This document shows positions 9,064 to 19,505 of a stretch of 64,000 bases of DNA, piece after piece. The notes below the pieces were generated by a model, which had not been told where the DNA came from, did not search any database, and saw only the letters and a list, made by a program, of their open reading frames with translations. The DNA lies in assembly GCA_965221905.1 (NCBI GenBank), contig OZ244922.1, forward strand, positions 3,382,956 to 3,446,955, given 5' to 3'. Position 1 is the stretch's first letter. Each line of letters opens with the position of its first letter. This stretch comes from Chloroflexota bacterium. GTDB lineage: Bacteria; Chloroflexota; UBA11872; VXOZ01. The position numbers and the translations under genes were made by a program.

Positions 9064-10379
9064 CAAAGGTTCCCTCCGAGTTGTCCCCGCGTCCAAAGTT
9101 CGCCAAGACGGTATTTCTCCAGCCAGACTTGGAGGTCGTCTGCATCAAGGCGCCGCAGTTGTGTCGCCCCATCGACCCTTTCACAAATCACCACTGCCTC
9201 AGGTGTTTCAGAAAGTGCATCCACGAGGACGTCGGAATGGGTCGTGACGACAATCTGACTGCGCTCAGATGCTTCGACTAGCAGTTTCGCCAAACCAGGT
9301 ATTACATCAGGGTGTAGGCCCATTTCCGGTTCTTCGATACAGACAATTGGCGGTGGCTCTGGGTGACACAGTACAGCAAGTAAGCAAAGATACCTAAGTG
9401 TACCATCGGACATTCGTGTTGCTGGCACTGTTTCGTGCAGGTCTCTCTCATGAAGGGACACTTGTACTAACCCGCCTCGCACGACAGAGACAATGTCTCT
9501 TACCGTAGGACAGAAATCCTGCAAGTGCATCAGGATTGTCTCTTTTGTGCGCGGACGGTCCAGTAGATCGCTCAAGACCACTGCAAGATTGGAAGCATCC
9601 TCAGCCAGGAAGTCCTGAGGTAGGTCGGCGGGCTGCGGCTGCCGTGGCCGCGCATTGTGACCGAGCTGAAACTCTCGATACAAGCGTATACGCTCAAATT
9701 GCTTAGCTAAGTGCGTCAACTCGGGGTATGACCTTGGATCCCTTCTCTGGGACAAGATGGACTGGTCGTGCCTTACATCTTCCACCCGCACCAGGCCTTG
9801 TTCAGCTAGGTCCTCATACCTTCCGTCTATCGTCCTTGGAAGAGATTGTCGTTCTTCCTTGGGCCGTTGTTCATTGTCGTCATTCTCGGAATCGTTATCT
9901 TCGGTATCGACGTGGACTTTTATGGCTGGATAGCCGCCCCGATAGCTGTAATGGCAAGGGGTGACTTGACTCTCTGGCCACCACACCGGTGTGTGGGCCT
10001 CTTCGTCTCTTAAGTCAAACCGTGCTCTGACCTCGGAAAAGGACAGCCAGTACTTTAGTGGACTAGGCCTTGCAGGCATGACTACTGGGCCGCCGAAGGC
10101 TACTTCCGGGTATTCGACCAGAACTTCGATGGTTGCAGTTGGTGGGTATTGGGTACCCTTCCAAAGCCACTCATGGACACCTCCTGTCTCATGGAATGGA
10201 GACTGAAGATCCCGGGGTGCTGCGTGAAGTAAAGACAACGCCTCAATGAGGTTCGACTTTCCAGAAGCGTTCGGTCCTACCAACACATTCAGTGGTTCTA
10301 GTTTGAACGAGGAGGAGTCCGGGCCGTAGGAGAGGATATTCTCCAGACGAATTGAATACAAGAACCTTCTGCCGTTCAT
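9060..10379 (-). CDS. AAA family (ABC/SMC-like, AAA_21-type) ATPase
   Basis: Walker A LVGPNASGKSNLIEAL; signature/Walker B/D-loop region CIEEPEMGLHPD...VVTTHSDVLVDAL; acidic insert HVDTEDNDSENDDNEQ; contiguous with the downstream DUF4276-like gene. Confidence 0.8.
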   Translation of the reverse strand: MNGRRFLYSIRLENILSYGPDSSSFKLEPLNVLVGPNASGKSNLIEALSLLHAAPRDLQSPFHETGGVHEWLWKGTQYPPTATIEVLVEYPEVAFGGPVVMPARPSPLKYWLSFSEVRARFDLRDEEAHTPVWWPESQVTPCHYSYRGGYPAIKVHVDTEDNDSENDDNEQRPKEERQSLPRTIDGRYEDLAEQGLVRVEDVRHDQSILSQRRDPRSYPELTHLAKQFERIRLYREFQLGHNARPRQPQPADLPQDFLAEDASNLAVVLSDLLDRPRTKETILMHLQDFCPTVRDIVSVVRGGLVQVSLHERDLHETVPATRMSDGTLRYLCLLAVLCHPEPPPIVCIEEPEMGLHPDVIPGLAKLLVEASERSQIVVTTHSDVLVDALSETPEAVVICERVDGATQLRRLDADDLQVWLEKYRLGELWTRGQLGGNLW

Positions 10380-10772
10380 GTGGTTAGCCTTTGCTTATTC
10401 ATCGATATGAACGACCCCAAATGGAGTACTGAATTCTGGCAATAGAATTGCTATCCTATTCGCTCATCTAATGGAACAGTGCCATGTGCCCTATGTCAAG
10501 AGGAGGCGATTCACTTCAGGATGTGAATTGCAGTGAAAGTGCAATTGAACAGCTCTTGCCGGGTAGGTAGATAGACTCGAAGCTGCATTTCCTTTGTTTT
10601 GCCATCTTTTGACTACGGGATTTCAACCTACGGACGCAAATCGACTAAAGCGGTTCAAGCCGTTTGGTAGAATTGTACTTGTGAATACGAGATCGTGCCT
10701 CTAACTGCAATTTGGCAGTTAGTCTCAAAAAAACAAGCGTATCAAACGAATATTTGAGGAGGATATAATCCC

Positions 10773-11780
10773 ATGGCAGTGCAACAGGATCCGATTAGGT
10801 TTGGCATTATCGGTTTAGGAGTGGGCAAGTCGCGGGTTAAGCAGGCGGCGAACACGGCAGGGGCGCAGTTGGTGGCAGTTTGCGATTTGCAGGAATCGCT
10901 CGCCACGGCGCAGGCGGCGGAATACGGCTGCGACTGGCACACCGACCACCGCGCGTTGCTGGAGCGGCAGGACATCGACGCGGTAGGCATCTTCACGCCC
11001 AGCGGCACCCATGGCGACCTCGCTATCGAAAGCCTCCAGGCGGGCAAGCACACCTTTACGACCAAGCCCATGGACGTCACCACAGCGAAGATAGACCAAG
11101 TGCTTGCCGCCGCGGAGGAGAGCGGCCGCTTGCTGGCCGTGGACTTCCAACGCCGTTATGAGCTGACCACGCGCCTGATTAAGCAGGCAATAGACGCGGG
11201 CAGGATCGGCCGCCCGATATTTGGCGACTTCCGGCTGAAGTGGTACCGCGCCGACAGTTACTTTGCCGGAGGGAATCCGCCCGGGTGGCGCGGCACCTGG
11301 AAATACGACGGCGGCGGCTCGGCGGCAAACCAGGGCATTCACGGCATCGACCAGACTCTTTGGTTCATGGGGCCGGTGCAGAGCGTGCGTGCGCGCATCA
11401 ATATCTTTAACCATGACATTGAGACCGAAGACGCCTTGGAGGCACTGGTTACCTATGCGTCCGGCGCGTGGGGCATCATTCAGACAACGACAACCGTCTA
11501 CGGTGGCCTAGGGCACGAGCATGAGATTCACGGCACCGACGGCACCATCCAGATGCGGCAAGAGGGTATCACAACGTGGGAATTTCTCGACAGCCCTGAC
11601 GGCGGCATGCCCGACCCCGCAGAGCTTCCGCCCGGCCCCAAGAACATCATCGAAGATATGATCCAAGCGTTAGTAGACGGCAAGCCGACGGCGTGCACCG
11701 GCCCGGAAGGCCGCAGATCCGTTGAGTTGCTGGAAGCCATGTACACCTCGGCGCGCGAGGACCGCGAAGTTACGCTCTAG
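10773..11780 (+). CDS. Gfo/Idh/MocA family NAD(P)-dependent oxidoreductase
   Basis: N-terminal Rossmann IRFGIIGLGVGKSRV...VAVCDL; GAGGAGG RBS; family-typical length. Confidence 0.85.
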   Translation: MAVQQDPIRFGIIGLGVGKSRVKQAANTAGAQLVAVCDLQESLATAQAAEYGCDWHTDHRALLERQDIDAVGIFTPSGTHGDLAIESLQAGKHTFTTKPMDVTTAKIDQVLAAAEESGRLLAVDFQRRYELTTRLIKQAIDAGRIGRPIFGDFRLKWYRADSYFAGGNPPGWRGTWKYDGGGSAANQGIHGIDQTLWFMGPVQSVRARINIFNHDIETEDALEALVTYASGAWGIIQTTTTVYGGLGHEHEIHGTDGTIQMRQEGITTWEFLDSPDGGMPDPAELPPGPKNIIEDMIQALVDGKPTACTGPEGRRSVELLEAMYTSAREDREVTL

Positions 11781-11936
11781 AGTGGCCTCGGGATTTTTCG
11801 TGGTCTGCTCGGATTCCAAGGCGCGCAATATGCGGGCGCGCCTTGCGCACCATTAGCCATAGATCTGCCGTATGGCAGGCAACGTGGTACCATTGCCGCT
11901 AAGAAATAGACTTCGGCAGTCAAGGATTTGTGATCT

Positions 11937-12773
11937 ATGGCATTCCGTTATGCGTTCTGCAATGAAGCCTTCACGGACTGGGATTTTGCGCGCATCTGCG
12001 ATTACTTGGCGGAGCACGGGTATCAGGGCGTCGAGGCGGCGCCGTTTACGTTTGAACAGTCGGTCTTCGACATTTCCGCAGAGCAGCGGGCGTCTGCACG
12101 TCAGGCGGCAGCGAACGCCGGACTGGAAATCGTGGGGCTGCACTGGCTTCTCGTCGGGCCCGATGGTCTGCATCTCACGCACCCCGATTCGGCCGTGAGG
12201 CAAAGGACTGCTGACTACCTGCGGGGGCTCATTGCTTTCGGCCACGACCTAAATTCTCCCTACCTCGTCTTCGGCTCACCCAACCAGCGCAACTTGCCGG
12301 AGGGCGTGAGCTTCGAGCAGGGCATGGGGTATGCCACGGAAGTATTCCAGAGCGTCTGCGACGAAGCGCAACAGGCCGGTACCATCATTGCCATCGAACC
12401 GTTGGCGCCGCCGCTGTGCCAGTTCATCACCACCGCGGCGGAAGGCGCGGACCTCGTGCGCCGGGTCAACCACCCGAACTTCAAGCTGCACCTCGACGTG
12501 AAGGCGATGGAGACAGCGGAAGCTGAGCCATCTGCCGACATCATCCGGGCCCACGTGGACGAGTTCCCCCACTTTCACGCCAACGACTTCAATCTAAAAG
12601 CGCCCGGCTTCGGCGATACCGACTTTGTTCCCATCATGCGCGCCTTGCACGAAACCGGCTACGACGGCTACGTCTCTATCGAGATTTTCGAGTTCGAGCC
12701 GCACGCGGAAGTACAAGCACGCGACGGCATTCGCCATCTTCGTGAGTGCGCGGCGCAGATCGGGGGCGACTAA
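11937..12773 (+). CDS. sugar phosphate isomerase/epimerase (xylose isomerase-like TIM barrel)
   Basis: AFRYAFCNEAFTDW...GYQGVE and IEIFEFEP blocks typical of the AP-endo2/xylose-isomerase-like TIM barrel family. Confidence 0.75.
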   Translation: MAFRYAFCNEAFTDWDFARICDYLAEHGYQGVEAAPFTFEQSVFDISAEQRASARQAAANAGLEIVGLHWLLVGPDGLHLTHPDSAVRQRTADYLRGLIAFGHDLNSPYLVFGSPNQRNLPEGVSFEQGMGYATEVFQSVCDEAQQAGTIIAIEPLAPPLCQFITTAAEGADLVRRVNHPNFKLHLDVKAMETAEAEPSADIIRAHVDEFPHFHANDFNLKAPGFGDTDFVPIMRALHETGYDGYVSIEIFEFEPHAEVQARDGIRHLRECAAQIGGD

Positions 12774-12941
12774 CCTGCCACGCCGCTGCCTCTGGATTGC
12801 GCTGTGCTTTTCAAAGCGTTGGCTCGCTGGATCTAGACGCAGGTTACAAACCTGCGCTACCGGATGCCAAAGTACACTTTCTAATGGGCAAGTCAACCGC
12901 CATCCATGGTTGCTCGCCAGCGCTTGGCTTATGTCCCAAAC

Positions 12942-13754
12942 CTACGCTTCGAGAGCCCCTTCCAGATAGCAGCGAAAGGCCTCCGGCGTGAAGACCAGCG
13001 CATTGATCTCCATTGAAGGCAGGCGGTAGGGGTCGGAATCGCGTGTGATGTAGCGCGCGGCGTGAGGCGGGCCGCCGTCCGCTTCGTCCGTTCCAGGCAC
13101 ACCAACGAGGTCCGCGTAGCGGGTTTTCTTGCCGTCAACCTGGTACTCCGCACCGACGATCCATAAGCGCCCAAAGCGGTAACGCGCCTTTACTTCGCGC
13201 TCGGCGCTGCTGCTCCAGCTCGTGCCGGTGAAGGCAAAGTCCTGCGGCGTGATGCCGAGATGCTCCTTGATCGTAGCGTCGCACTGCTCGAGTTCGGCAC
13301 GCAGCTTCTCGCCGGTGGGGTCTTCCTGGCTGAGCTGCGAGAGGTTGGGGTGCGTGACCGTGTGCGCGCCTATCTGCCAACCGGCCGCGGCCAGTTCGCC
13401 GGCCTCTTCCCAGAGCAAGAACTGCCGCTCGGCAAAGTCCGGCACGCCCGTACGGTACATGTCATCCATCAAGCCGGTGTTGATGAAGAGGTTCGCCGTG
13501 TACCCGTAGCGCTGGAGCACCGGCAAGACCTCGTGGCGCATGGACTTCATGGGATGGTCGAAGTCGAACATGATCGGCCGCTCCGGCAGACTGCCGTCCT
13601 GCCACATCCATGCTGCTAAGTCGTCGTAGCTGATGGACTGGAAACCCAGTTCGCGGGCTATCGCAACGAGTCGGGCGAAGTGTTCCTGCGTCAGCGGGTT
13701 GCGCTTACCCGGTATCTGGTCGGTGCCGTGCGACATCGTAATCGGTATCTTCAC
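12942..13754 (-). CDS. polysaccharide deacetylase (NodB homology) family protein
   Basis: IMFDFDHPMKSMRHEVLPVLQRYGYTANLFINTG is typical of NodB-type carbohydrate esterase family 4. Confidence 0.65.
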   Translation of the reverse strand: MKIPITMSHGTDQIPGKRNPLTQEHFARLVAIARELGFQSISYDDLAAWMWQDGSLPERPIMFDFDHPMKSMRHEVLPVLQRYGYTANLFINTGLMDDMYRTGVPDFAERQFLLWEEAGELAAAGWQIGAHTVTHPNLSQLSQEDPTGEKLRAELEQCDATIKEHLGITPQDFAFTGTSWSSSAEREVKARYRFGRLWIVGAEYQVDGKKTRYADLVGVPGTDEADGGPPHAARYITRDSDPYRLPSMEINALVFTPEAFRCYLEGALEA

Positions 13755-13819
13755 GGGTCCGATCTCCTCGGCTCCTAAAGTTTACGTCTCCGTTCAGTGT
13801 ACCGGAGAAGTCGGAGACA

Positions 13820-14790
13820 CCGTTCGTGCTGAGCCCGTCGAAGTACGAGTGAAGGGGTGAGAATTGCGGAGTTCCCGTTCACCTTTCGACAAGCTCAAGG
13901 CGAACGGTGTGGTTGGCGTTTTGTGAGGCTCCAGGCGAACGGTGAGGATGGCTTTTTGTGATGCTCCGGTCGAACGGTTGAGTGAGGGGGCATTGCGACG
14001 CTGAATGCAAACTTTCGTGTGGTGAAGTGGCCGCGGCTCCGTTCGTGCTGAGCCTGTCGAAGCACGGGCGAATGGGTGCGAGTTGTGGAGTTCCCGTTCA
14101 CCTTTCGACAGGCTCAAGGCGAACGGGAAGGTTGGTGTATCGTGAGGCTCAAGGCGAACGGTGAGGATGGCGCTTTTTGATGCTCCGGTCGAACGGTTGA
14201 GTGGGGGCATTGCGACGCTGAATGCGAACTTTCGTGTGGTGAAGAGGCCGTCGCTCCGTTCGTGCTGAGCCTGTCGAAGTACGAGCGAAAGGGTGCGAAT
14301 TGCGGAGTTTCCGTCCACCTTTCGACAAGCTCAAGGCGAACGGAAAGGTTGGTGTATCGTGAGGCTCCAGGCGAACGGTAAGTATGGGACTTTGTGAGGC
14401 TCAAGGCGAACGGTGAGGATGGCGCTTTTTGATGCTCTGGTCGAACGGTTGAGTGGGGGCATTGCGACGCTGAATGCTAACTTTCGTGTGGTGAAGAGGC
14501 CGCGGCTCCGTTCGTGCTGAGCCTGTCGAAGCACGGGCGAATGGGTGCGAGTTGTGGAGTTCCCGTTCACCTTTCGACAAGCTCAAGGCGAACGGTAAGG
14601 TTGGCGTTTTGTGAGGCCCCAGCGAACGGTAAGTATGGGACTTTGTGAGGCTCAAGGCGAACGGTGAGGATGCGCTTTGTGATGCTCCGGTCGAACGGTT
14701 TAGCGGGGGGCATTGCGAGGCTGAATGCGAAATTTCGTGTGGTGAAGAGGCCGTGGCTCCGTTCGTGCTGAGCCTGTCGAAGTATGAACG
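13820..14790. repeat. tandem array of about 220-260 bp composite units (4 full copies plus a partial), built from short palindromic modules (CCGTTCGTGCTGAGCCTGTCGAAG, CCGTTCACCTTTCGACAAGCTCAAGGCGAACGG)
   Basis: unit starts at about 13820, 14039, 14257, 14518 and 14759; ORFs across it read as repetitive peptides (FALSLSK..) on both strands. Confidence 0.85.
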
Positions 14791-15006
14791 TGATTAGTAC
14801 CCGTCAGGAGTGGGACCGGCCCCTTTTCGCGGGCGGATGCCATCGTGCGCAAGGCCTCCTCGCCGATGAACCCCAGGGGTTGTGCGGCATCATGATTTCT
14901 CAGTAGCGTGCCTTCCCCTTTCCTTGCCAATGGGTCGCAGCGCCGCACAGTGTATAATCACTTCTAATTGAGCAGAAGCAGCGTTCATGAAGAGAAGGAC
15001 CACGTT

Positions 15007-16167
15007 ATGCCAATAAAGAAACTCATAGTTCATGCAGGGAATCACGACCGCAATGAGTGCCCGGTTTGGGCAGCAGCCGACGGGCTGGACGCCGGGGCAA
15101 GCTACGTTGTGCGCGACGACACCGGCGCTGAATTGCCCGCGCAGGTTGTGCCGTCCGCCTCCGGCGCGCATCTGGTGTGGGTAGTGCCTGCCCTGGCGGC
15201 GGGTGCTTCGCGCATCTACTCCGTGCAGGAAGGATCGGCGGCAGGCGGTGTGTCGGTTACCGACGGCGAGCACGGTATCGATGTCAGTTTCGGCGGCGCA
15301 CTCTTCACCACCTATCGGTATGCGTCGCCGGTGGTGAAGCCGTATCTTTACCCCGTGATCGGGCCTACCGGCGAGGGCATGACACGCAATTATCCTATGA
15401 TCCCGGATGTGCCGGGCGAGAAACACGATCACCCGCACCATAAGTCCATCTACGTCTCGCACGGTGAAGTGAGCGGCGCCGACGTGTGGAGCGAAACTCC
15501 CGGCCACGGCTTCCAGCGGCACCTGGAGTTCTTGCCGGCCTACGGCAATTGCGGTGGGCACGTCAGCGGTCCGGTGCTGGGCGCCATTCGCTCAACCAAC
15601 GATTGGGTCGGGTCCGATGAGCAGAAAGTGGTGGAAGACGAGCGGCGGTTCACTTTCTATCCCTTGGCTTCCGGCGCGCGGTTGATTGACGTGGAAATCA
15701 CGTTCCGCGCCACGGCGGGTCCGGTGCACTTCGCCGACACGAAAGAAGGCGGCATCCTCTCGCTGCGCGTGGCAACCAGCATGGACGCCTCCGGTGACGG
15801 TCGCATGGAGAACGCTGTTGGCGGCATAGGCGAAGCGGAGTGTTGGGGCAAGCGGGCCCAGTGGCTTGACTATACCGGCCCGGTGGAGGGACAGACAGTG
15901 GGTTTCGCCGTCTACGACCACCCAACCAGCTTTCGCCACCCCACCTACTGGCACGCGCGAAACTACGGCCTCTTTACCGCCAACCCGTTCGGACTGCACG
16001 ACTACTACGCCAATCCTGGTGTGGACGGCAGCCATGTGCTACCCGAGGGCGGCCTGCTGCGTTTCAAGTACCGCATCTACGTCCACGCCGGGGATACGGC
16101 CTCCGCCCAGGTCGCGCAGCGATATCATGACTACATCACCCCGCCGGAGGTTACTGAGGCGGAGTAG
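15007..16167 (+). CDS. hypothetical protein, possibly PmoA/DUF6807-like
   Basis: 388 aa; segment VVKPYLYPVIGPTGEGMTRNYPM and His-rich block HDHPHHKSIY recall the PmoA-family proteins often found beside Gfo/Idh/MocA and TIM-barrel isomerase genes (both present upstream); family call is from memory, not verified. Confidence 0.4.
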   Translation: MPIKKLIVHAGNHDRNECPVWAAADGLDAGASYVVRDDTGAELPAQVVPSASGAHLVWVVPALAAGASRIYSVQEGSAAGGVSVTDGEHGIDVSFGGALFTTYRYASPVVKPYLYPVIGPTGEGMTRNYPMIPDVPGEKHDHPHHKSIYVSHGEVSGADVWSETPGHGFQRHLEFLPAYGNCGGHVSGPVLGAIRSTNDWVGSDEQKVVEDERRFTFYPLASGARLIDVEITFRATAGPVHFADTKEGGILSLRVATSMDASGDGRMENAVGGIGEAECWGKRAQWLDYTGPVEGQTVGFAVYDHPTSFRHPTYWHARNYGLFTANPFGLHDYYANPGVDGSHVLPEGGLLRFKYRIYVHAGDTASAQVAQRYHDYITPPEVTEAE

Positions 16168-16404
16168 GTCGGAAGTCGTATGGGTCTCATGCGAAAACTC
16201 TGCAGGCTTCTCACAAGTGTGGGCGCTGCCGCAACTGTCAGCCGCTTGCGCTGATAGTTGCCGCGTTGTGGTTCTTAGGTGGGTTGATTAAGAGCGAGTG
16301 GTAGGGGAGCTTCCAGGAGACTGTCCGCCGTACACGCCCTGCTAATTGGCGCTCAATTTTCGTGGTTGGCAACCAATTGGACCGTGTGGGTCTGAAGTGG
16401 GTAG

Positions 16405-17715
16405 ATGAGAATACCAGTGCTTACACTCTTACGGCGAGCCGATATTGTCGCTGTCTTTGCGCACCGTAGCTATCGCTACCTGGCTGCCGCATACATCATC
16501 AGTATCGTGGGCGACGCGGTTTACTTTGTTGCCGTTCCCTGGCATGTGCTTAACGAACAGGGACTTGGCGAGTCCTTAAGTTTTGGCTCGGCCGCAAGTC
16601 TTGTGCTAACAGCGGCCACGATTCCGATCCTCATCATGCCGCCGTTGGCTGGTGTGCTGGCAGACCGCATGGACCGCAAGTTTCTCATGCTCTTTTCGCA
16701 CGTGGTGCGGATGTTGATATTGGCAGTGCTCATCATACTGGGGCACGTGGGGGAACTGAATACGCTGGTCCTTGCTGTAGCCGCGTTCTTGCTCACGGCA
16801 GCCGGACAGCTATTCTACCCGGCTCGCGCGGCTATGCTGCCGAATCTGTTGCCGAGGAATGAACTGGTAGCAGGAAACGCGGCGATGGCGGCAGGATTTC
16901 AACCTATTGACATTGCCGAAAGAGCCGCAGTGGGATTCCTCATCGCCGCTGTGGGAGGGCTGAATGCTCTTGGTGTCGCTCTCGTCATGTACGGCCTCGC
17001 AGCGTGGTTGCTTAGCAGAATTGAAGCGCCTGAGCAAATCGGAAACCAGAGCATGGCCGGCAAGGATGCCAAGCCGCACGCATGGCCGCTTGAGATGGTG
17101 AAAGTCGGGACTCGCGACCTGGCATACTCGGTGTACTTCTTAGTTAGACACCCTCTACTTCGTGCGATTGCCATTGCCGGGCTGACGCTCAGTGCGTTGC
17201 AAAGTACCGCAATTCTCATAGCGATTCATATGTATTTCAGGGATGTCCTAAGCGAGGGACCGGAGTCGGTGGGTACGTTTACTGCGATTAAGTCGGTCGG
17301 GATGCTTCTTGCTTTGCTTGCGGTGCCGTGGCTTGCAAGACGATTCGGCGACGGCAAGATTAGTTTACTTGCGCTATCAGCCATGGGTGTGCTTGTCGGT
17401 GGGTTGGCCGGTGTGGGGCAGCTTTGGCAAGGTTTAGCTGTTGCAGCCCTTATGGGTGTCCTGACCGCCGGGATGTTACCCCTTGGGAGTATCGTGCAAG
17501 CGGAGACTCCCGATCACCTGCGTGGGAGAGTGGTAGCAGTTCTTGCCACGATCAACATTTTGGTTGCGATCTGCTTCGCGCTATTGTTTTCGGCTCTCAT
17601 TGAATTTACGGGGCCAAGGTTCATCCTCCTCGCTACTGGAACCGTGATTGTTCTTTCAGGCGTTGCGCTCCTGAAAGTGAAAGAGGTTCGGCTGGCGCGC
17701 CTCGCCACGCTCTAG
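16405..17715 (+). CDS. MFS transporter
   Basis: 436 aa, about 12 hydrophobic helices; N-terminal YRYLAAAYIISIVGDAVYFVAVPW resembles the MFS_3/EntS-like subfamily. Confidence 0.75.
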   Translation: MRIPVLTLLRRADIVAVFAHRSYRYLAAAYIISIVGDAVYFVAVPWHVLNEQGLGESLSFGSAASLVLTAATIPILIMPPLAGVLADRMDRKFLMLFSHVVRMLILAVLIILGHVGELNTLVLAVAAFLLTAAGQLFYPARAAMLPNLLPRNELVAGNAAMAAGFQPIDIAERAAVGFLIAAVGGLNALGVALVMYGLAAWLLSRIEAPEQIGNQSMAGKDAKPHAWPLEMVKVGTRDLAYSVYFLVRHPLLRAIAIAGLTLSALQSTAILIAIHMYFRDVLSEGPESVGTFTAIKSVGMLLALLAVPWLARRFGDGKISLLALSAMGVLVGGLAGVGQLWQGLAVAALMGVLTAGMLPLGSIVQAETPDHLRGRVVAVLATINILVAICFALLFSALIEFTGPRFILLATGTVIVLSGVALLKVKEVRLARLATL

Positions 17716-17898
17716 CAAGCGCACAGCGCAACCAATCAAGGCGGACCTCTCACTACTAGTGGCGAATGTGAAGGTTGTTTCGCTGAGCGCTATGGACTTG
17801 GCACACCACTTTGTCGCAGCAACTTCTACGCAGCGCTGTCTTGATAACTGGCTGGGCAGTCGTGGGCATGTGTACCTCGTGGTAGCGCCCGGAAGCAA

Positions 17899-19389
17899 CT
17901 AATCTGTTGCCCAGGACCGCGCGCGTTCGACGGCGCGTTGCCAGGTGGTGTAGCGCGATTCTCGCTCGTCGGCGCTGATTTGGGGTTCGTAGCGCCGGGC
18001 AACGCGCCACTGCGCCGCTACGGCGGCAGCGTCCGGCCAAAAGCCCACGCCAAGCCCGGCCAGATACGCCGCGCCGAGCGCTGTGGTCTCCGCAACTGCG
18101 GGTACCACCACCGGGATGCCGAGCAGATCGGCTTGGGTCTGCATCAGAAGCGCATTTGCCACCGCGCCGCCGTCCGCCCGGAGTTCTTGCAGCGCAACGC
18201 CCGATTCCTGCTGCATCGTCTCTACCACGTCGCGTGCCTGCAACGCTATTGCTTCCAGGGTGGCGCGGACCACATGGGCTTTGGTCGAGCCCAGCGTCAA
18301 GCCAAGAATGGCGCCGCGTGCCTGTGGGTCCCAGTAGGGCGTGCCCAAACCGGTGAACGCGGGCACCACGACCACACCGCCCGAATCGGGGACCTGACGG
18401 GCAAGCGTTTCGCTCTCCGCTGCCGTGGCGATGACGCCTAGCTTGTCCCGCAACCACTGTACGGCGGCGCCTGCCACGAAAACCGATCCTTCCAACGCAT
18501 AGGCGGGGCCTTTCGGCGACGCCGCCACCGTGGTGAGCAAACCGGCGTGTGACGCCGTAGCCTGAGCGCCGGTGTGCGAAAGCAGGAAGCAGCCGGTGCC
18601 GTAGGTGTTCTTGGCGTGACCGGGCTCCCAGCAGGTTTGGCCGAACAGCGCCGCTTGCTGATCGCCCGCGATTCCGGCAATCGGAACGGCGGCGCCAAAC
18701 ACCGCCGGATCAGTGTTTTCTATAACCCCTGATGAGGGCACCACTCGCGGTAAGGCCTCCCGTGGGATGCCAAAGAGCGCGAGCAGGTCGTCGTCCCAGG
18801 CGTGCGCGTGGATGTCGTAGAGCATGGTGCGTGAGGCGTTGGTGGCGTCGGTCACATGCTGGGCGTGTCCCGTGAGCTTAGCGATGAGCCAGGCGTCTAC
18901 GGTGCCCAGGCAGAGGTCGTCCTGGGCGGCAAGCTCCCTGGCGCGCGGGACGTTCCGCAAAATCCACTCGAACTTCGGGCCTGAGAAGTAGGCGTCCAGC
19001 ACCAGGCCGGTTTTCTGCCTTACTGTATCGGCCAGGCCCCGCGCCTCTAGTTCTTGGCAGCGGGCCGCTGTACGGCGGCACTGCCAGACAATGGCGTTAC
19101 AGAGCGGCTCGCCGGTCGAGCGTTGCCAGGCAACAGCAGTCTCCCGTTGATTGGCGATCCCAAGCGCCACAATCTGAACGGGCGCAACACCGGACTTTTC
19201 TAGCAACGCCTGGATAGAATCGCGCTGAGTATTCCAAATAGCGTTGGGGTCGTGTTCCACCCAGCCTGCTTGCGGGTATATTTGCGGTAATTCCCGGCCG
19301 GCGCTCGCGACGATCTGCCCGGCGGCGTCAAAGAGAATAGCCCGCGAGGAAGTGGTGCCCTGGTCGAGGGCGAGAATGTAATTACTCAC
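17899..19389 (-). CDS. glpK: glycerol kinase
   Basis: Near-collinear with E. coli GlpK blocks: YILALDQGTTSSR, GWVEHDP, NAIVWQCRRTA, GIAGDQQAALFGQ, NTYGTGCF, ALEGSVFVAGA; start set to a GTG after a REP element (the upstream ATG lies inside the repeat). Confidence 0.93.
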   Translation of the reverse strand: MSNYILALDQGTTSSRAILFDAAGQIVASAGRELPQIYPQAGWVEHDPNAIWNTQRDSIQALLEKSGVAPVQIVALGIANQRETAVAWQRSTGEPLCNAIVWQCRRTAARCQELEARGLADTVRQKTGLVLDAYFSGPKFEWILRNVPRARELAAQDDLCLGTVDAWLIAKLTGHAQHVTDATNASRTMLYDIHAHAWDDDLLALFGIPREALPRVVPSSGVIENTDPAVFGAAVPIAGIAGDQQAALFGQTCWEPGHAKNTYGTGCFLLSHTGAQATASHAGLLTTVAASPKGPAYALEGSVFVAGAAVQWLRDKLGVIATAAESETLARQVPDSGGVVVVPAFTGLGTPYWDPQARGAILGLTLGSTKAHVVRATLEAIALQARDVVETMQQESGVALQELRADGGAVANALLMQTQADLLGIPVVVPAVAETTALGAAYLAGLGVGFWPDAAAVAAQWRVARRYEPQISADERESRYTTWQRAVERARSWATD

Positions 19390-19505
19390 TGTATCCCCAC
19401 TCCCGCTCCGGGCACCAAAGCGCTTCCTCCCATCATTCCGGCGCAAGCCGGAATCCAGCAAAGCTGGAGATGTATGAGGAAACGCTTCTTAGGCAGGCGC
19501 ACAGA

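Noticed and set aside
13820-14790. Possible CRISPR array or repeat-protein gene
   Set aside because: Units are 220-260 bp, far too long for CRISPR. ORFs across it are repeat-derived low-complexity peptides in both orientations.
14890-15561. 223-aa minus-strand ORF
   Set aside because: It is fully antisense to the better-supported plus-strand gene 15007..16167.
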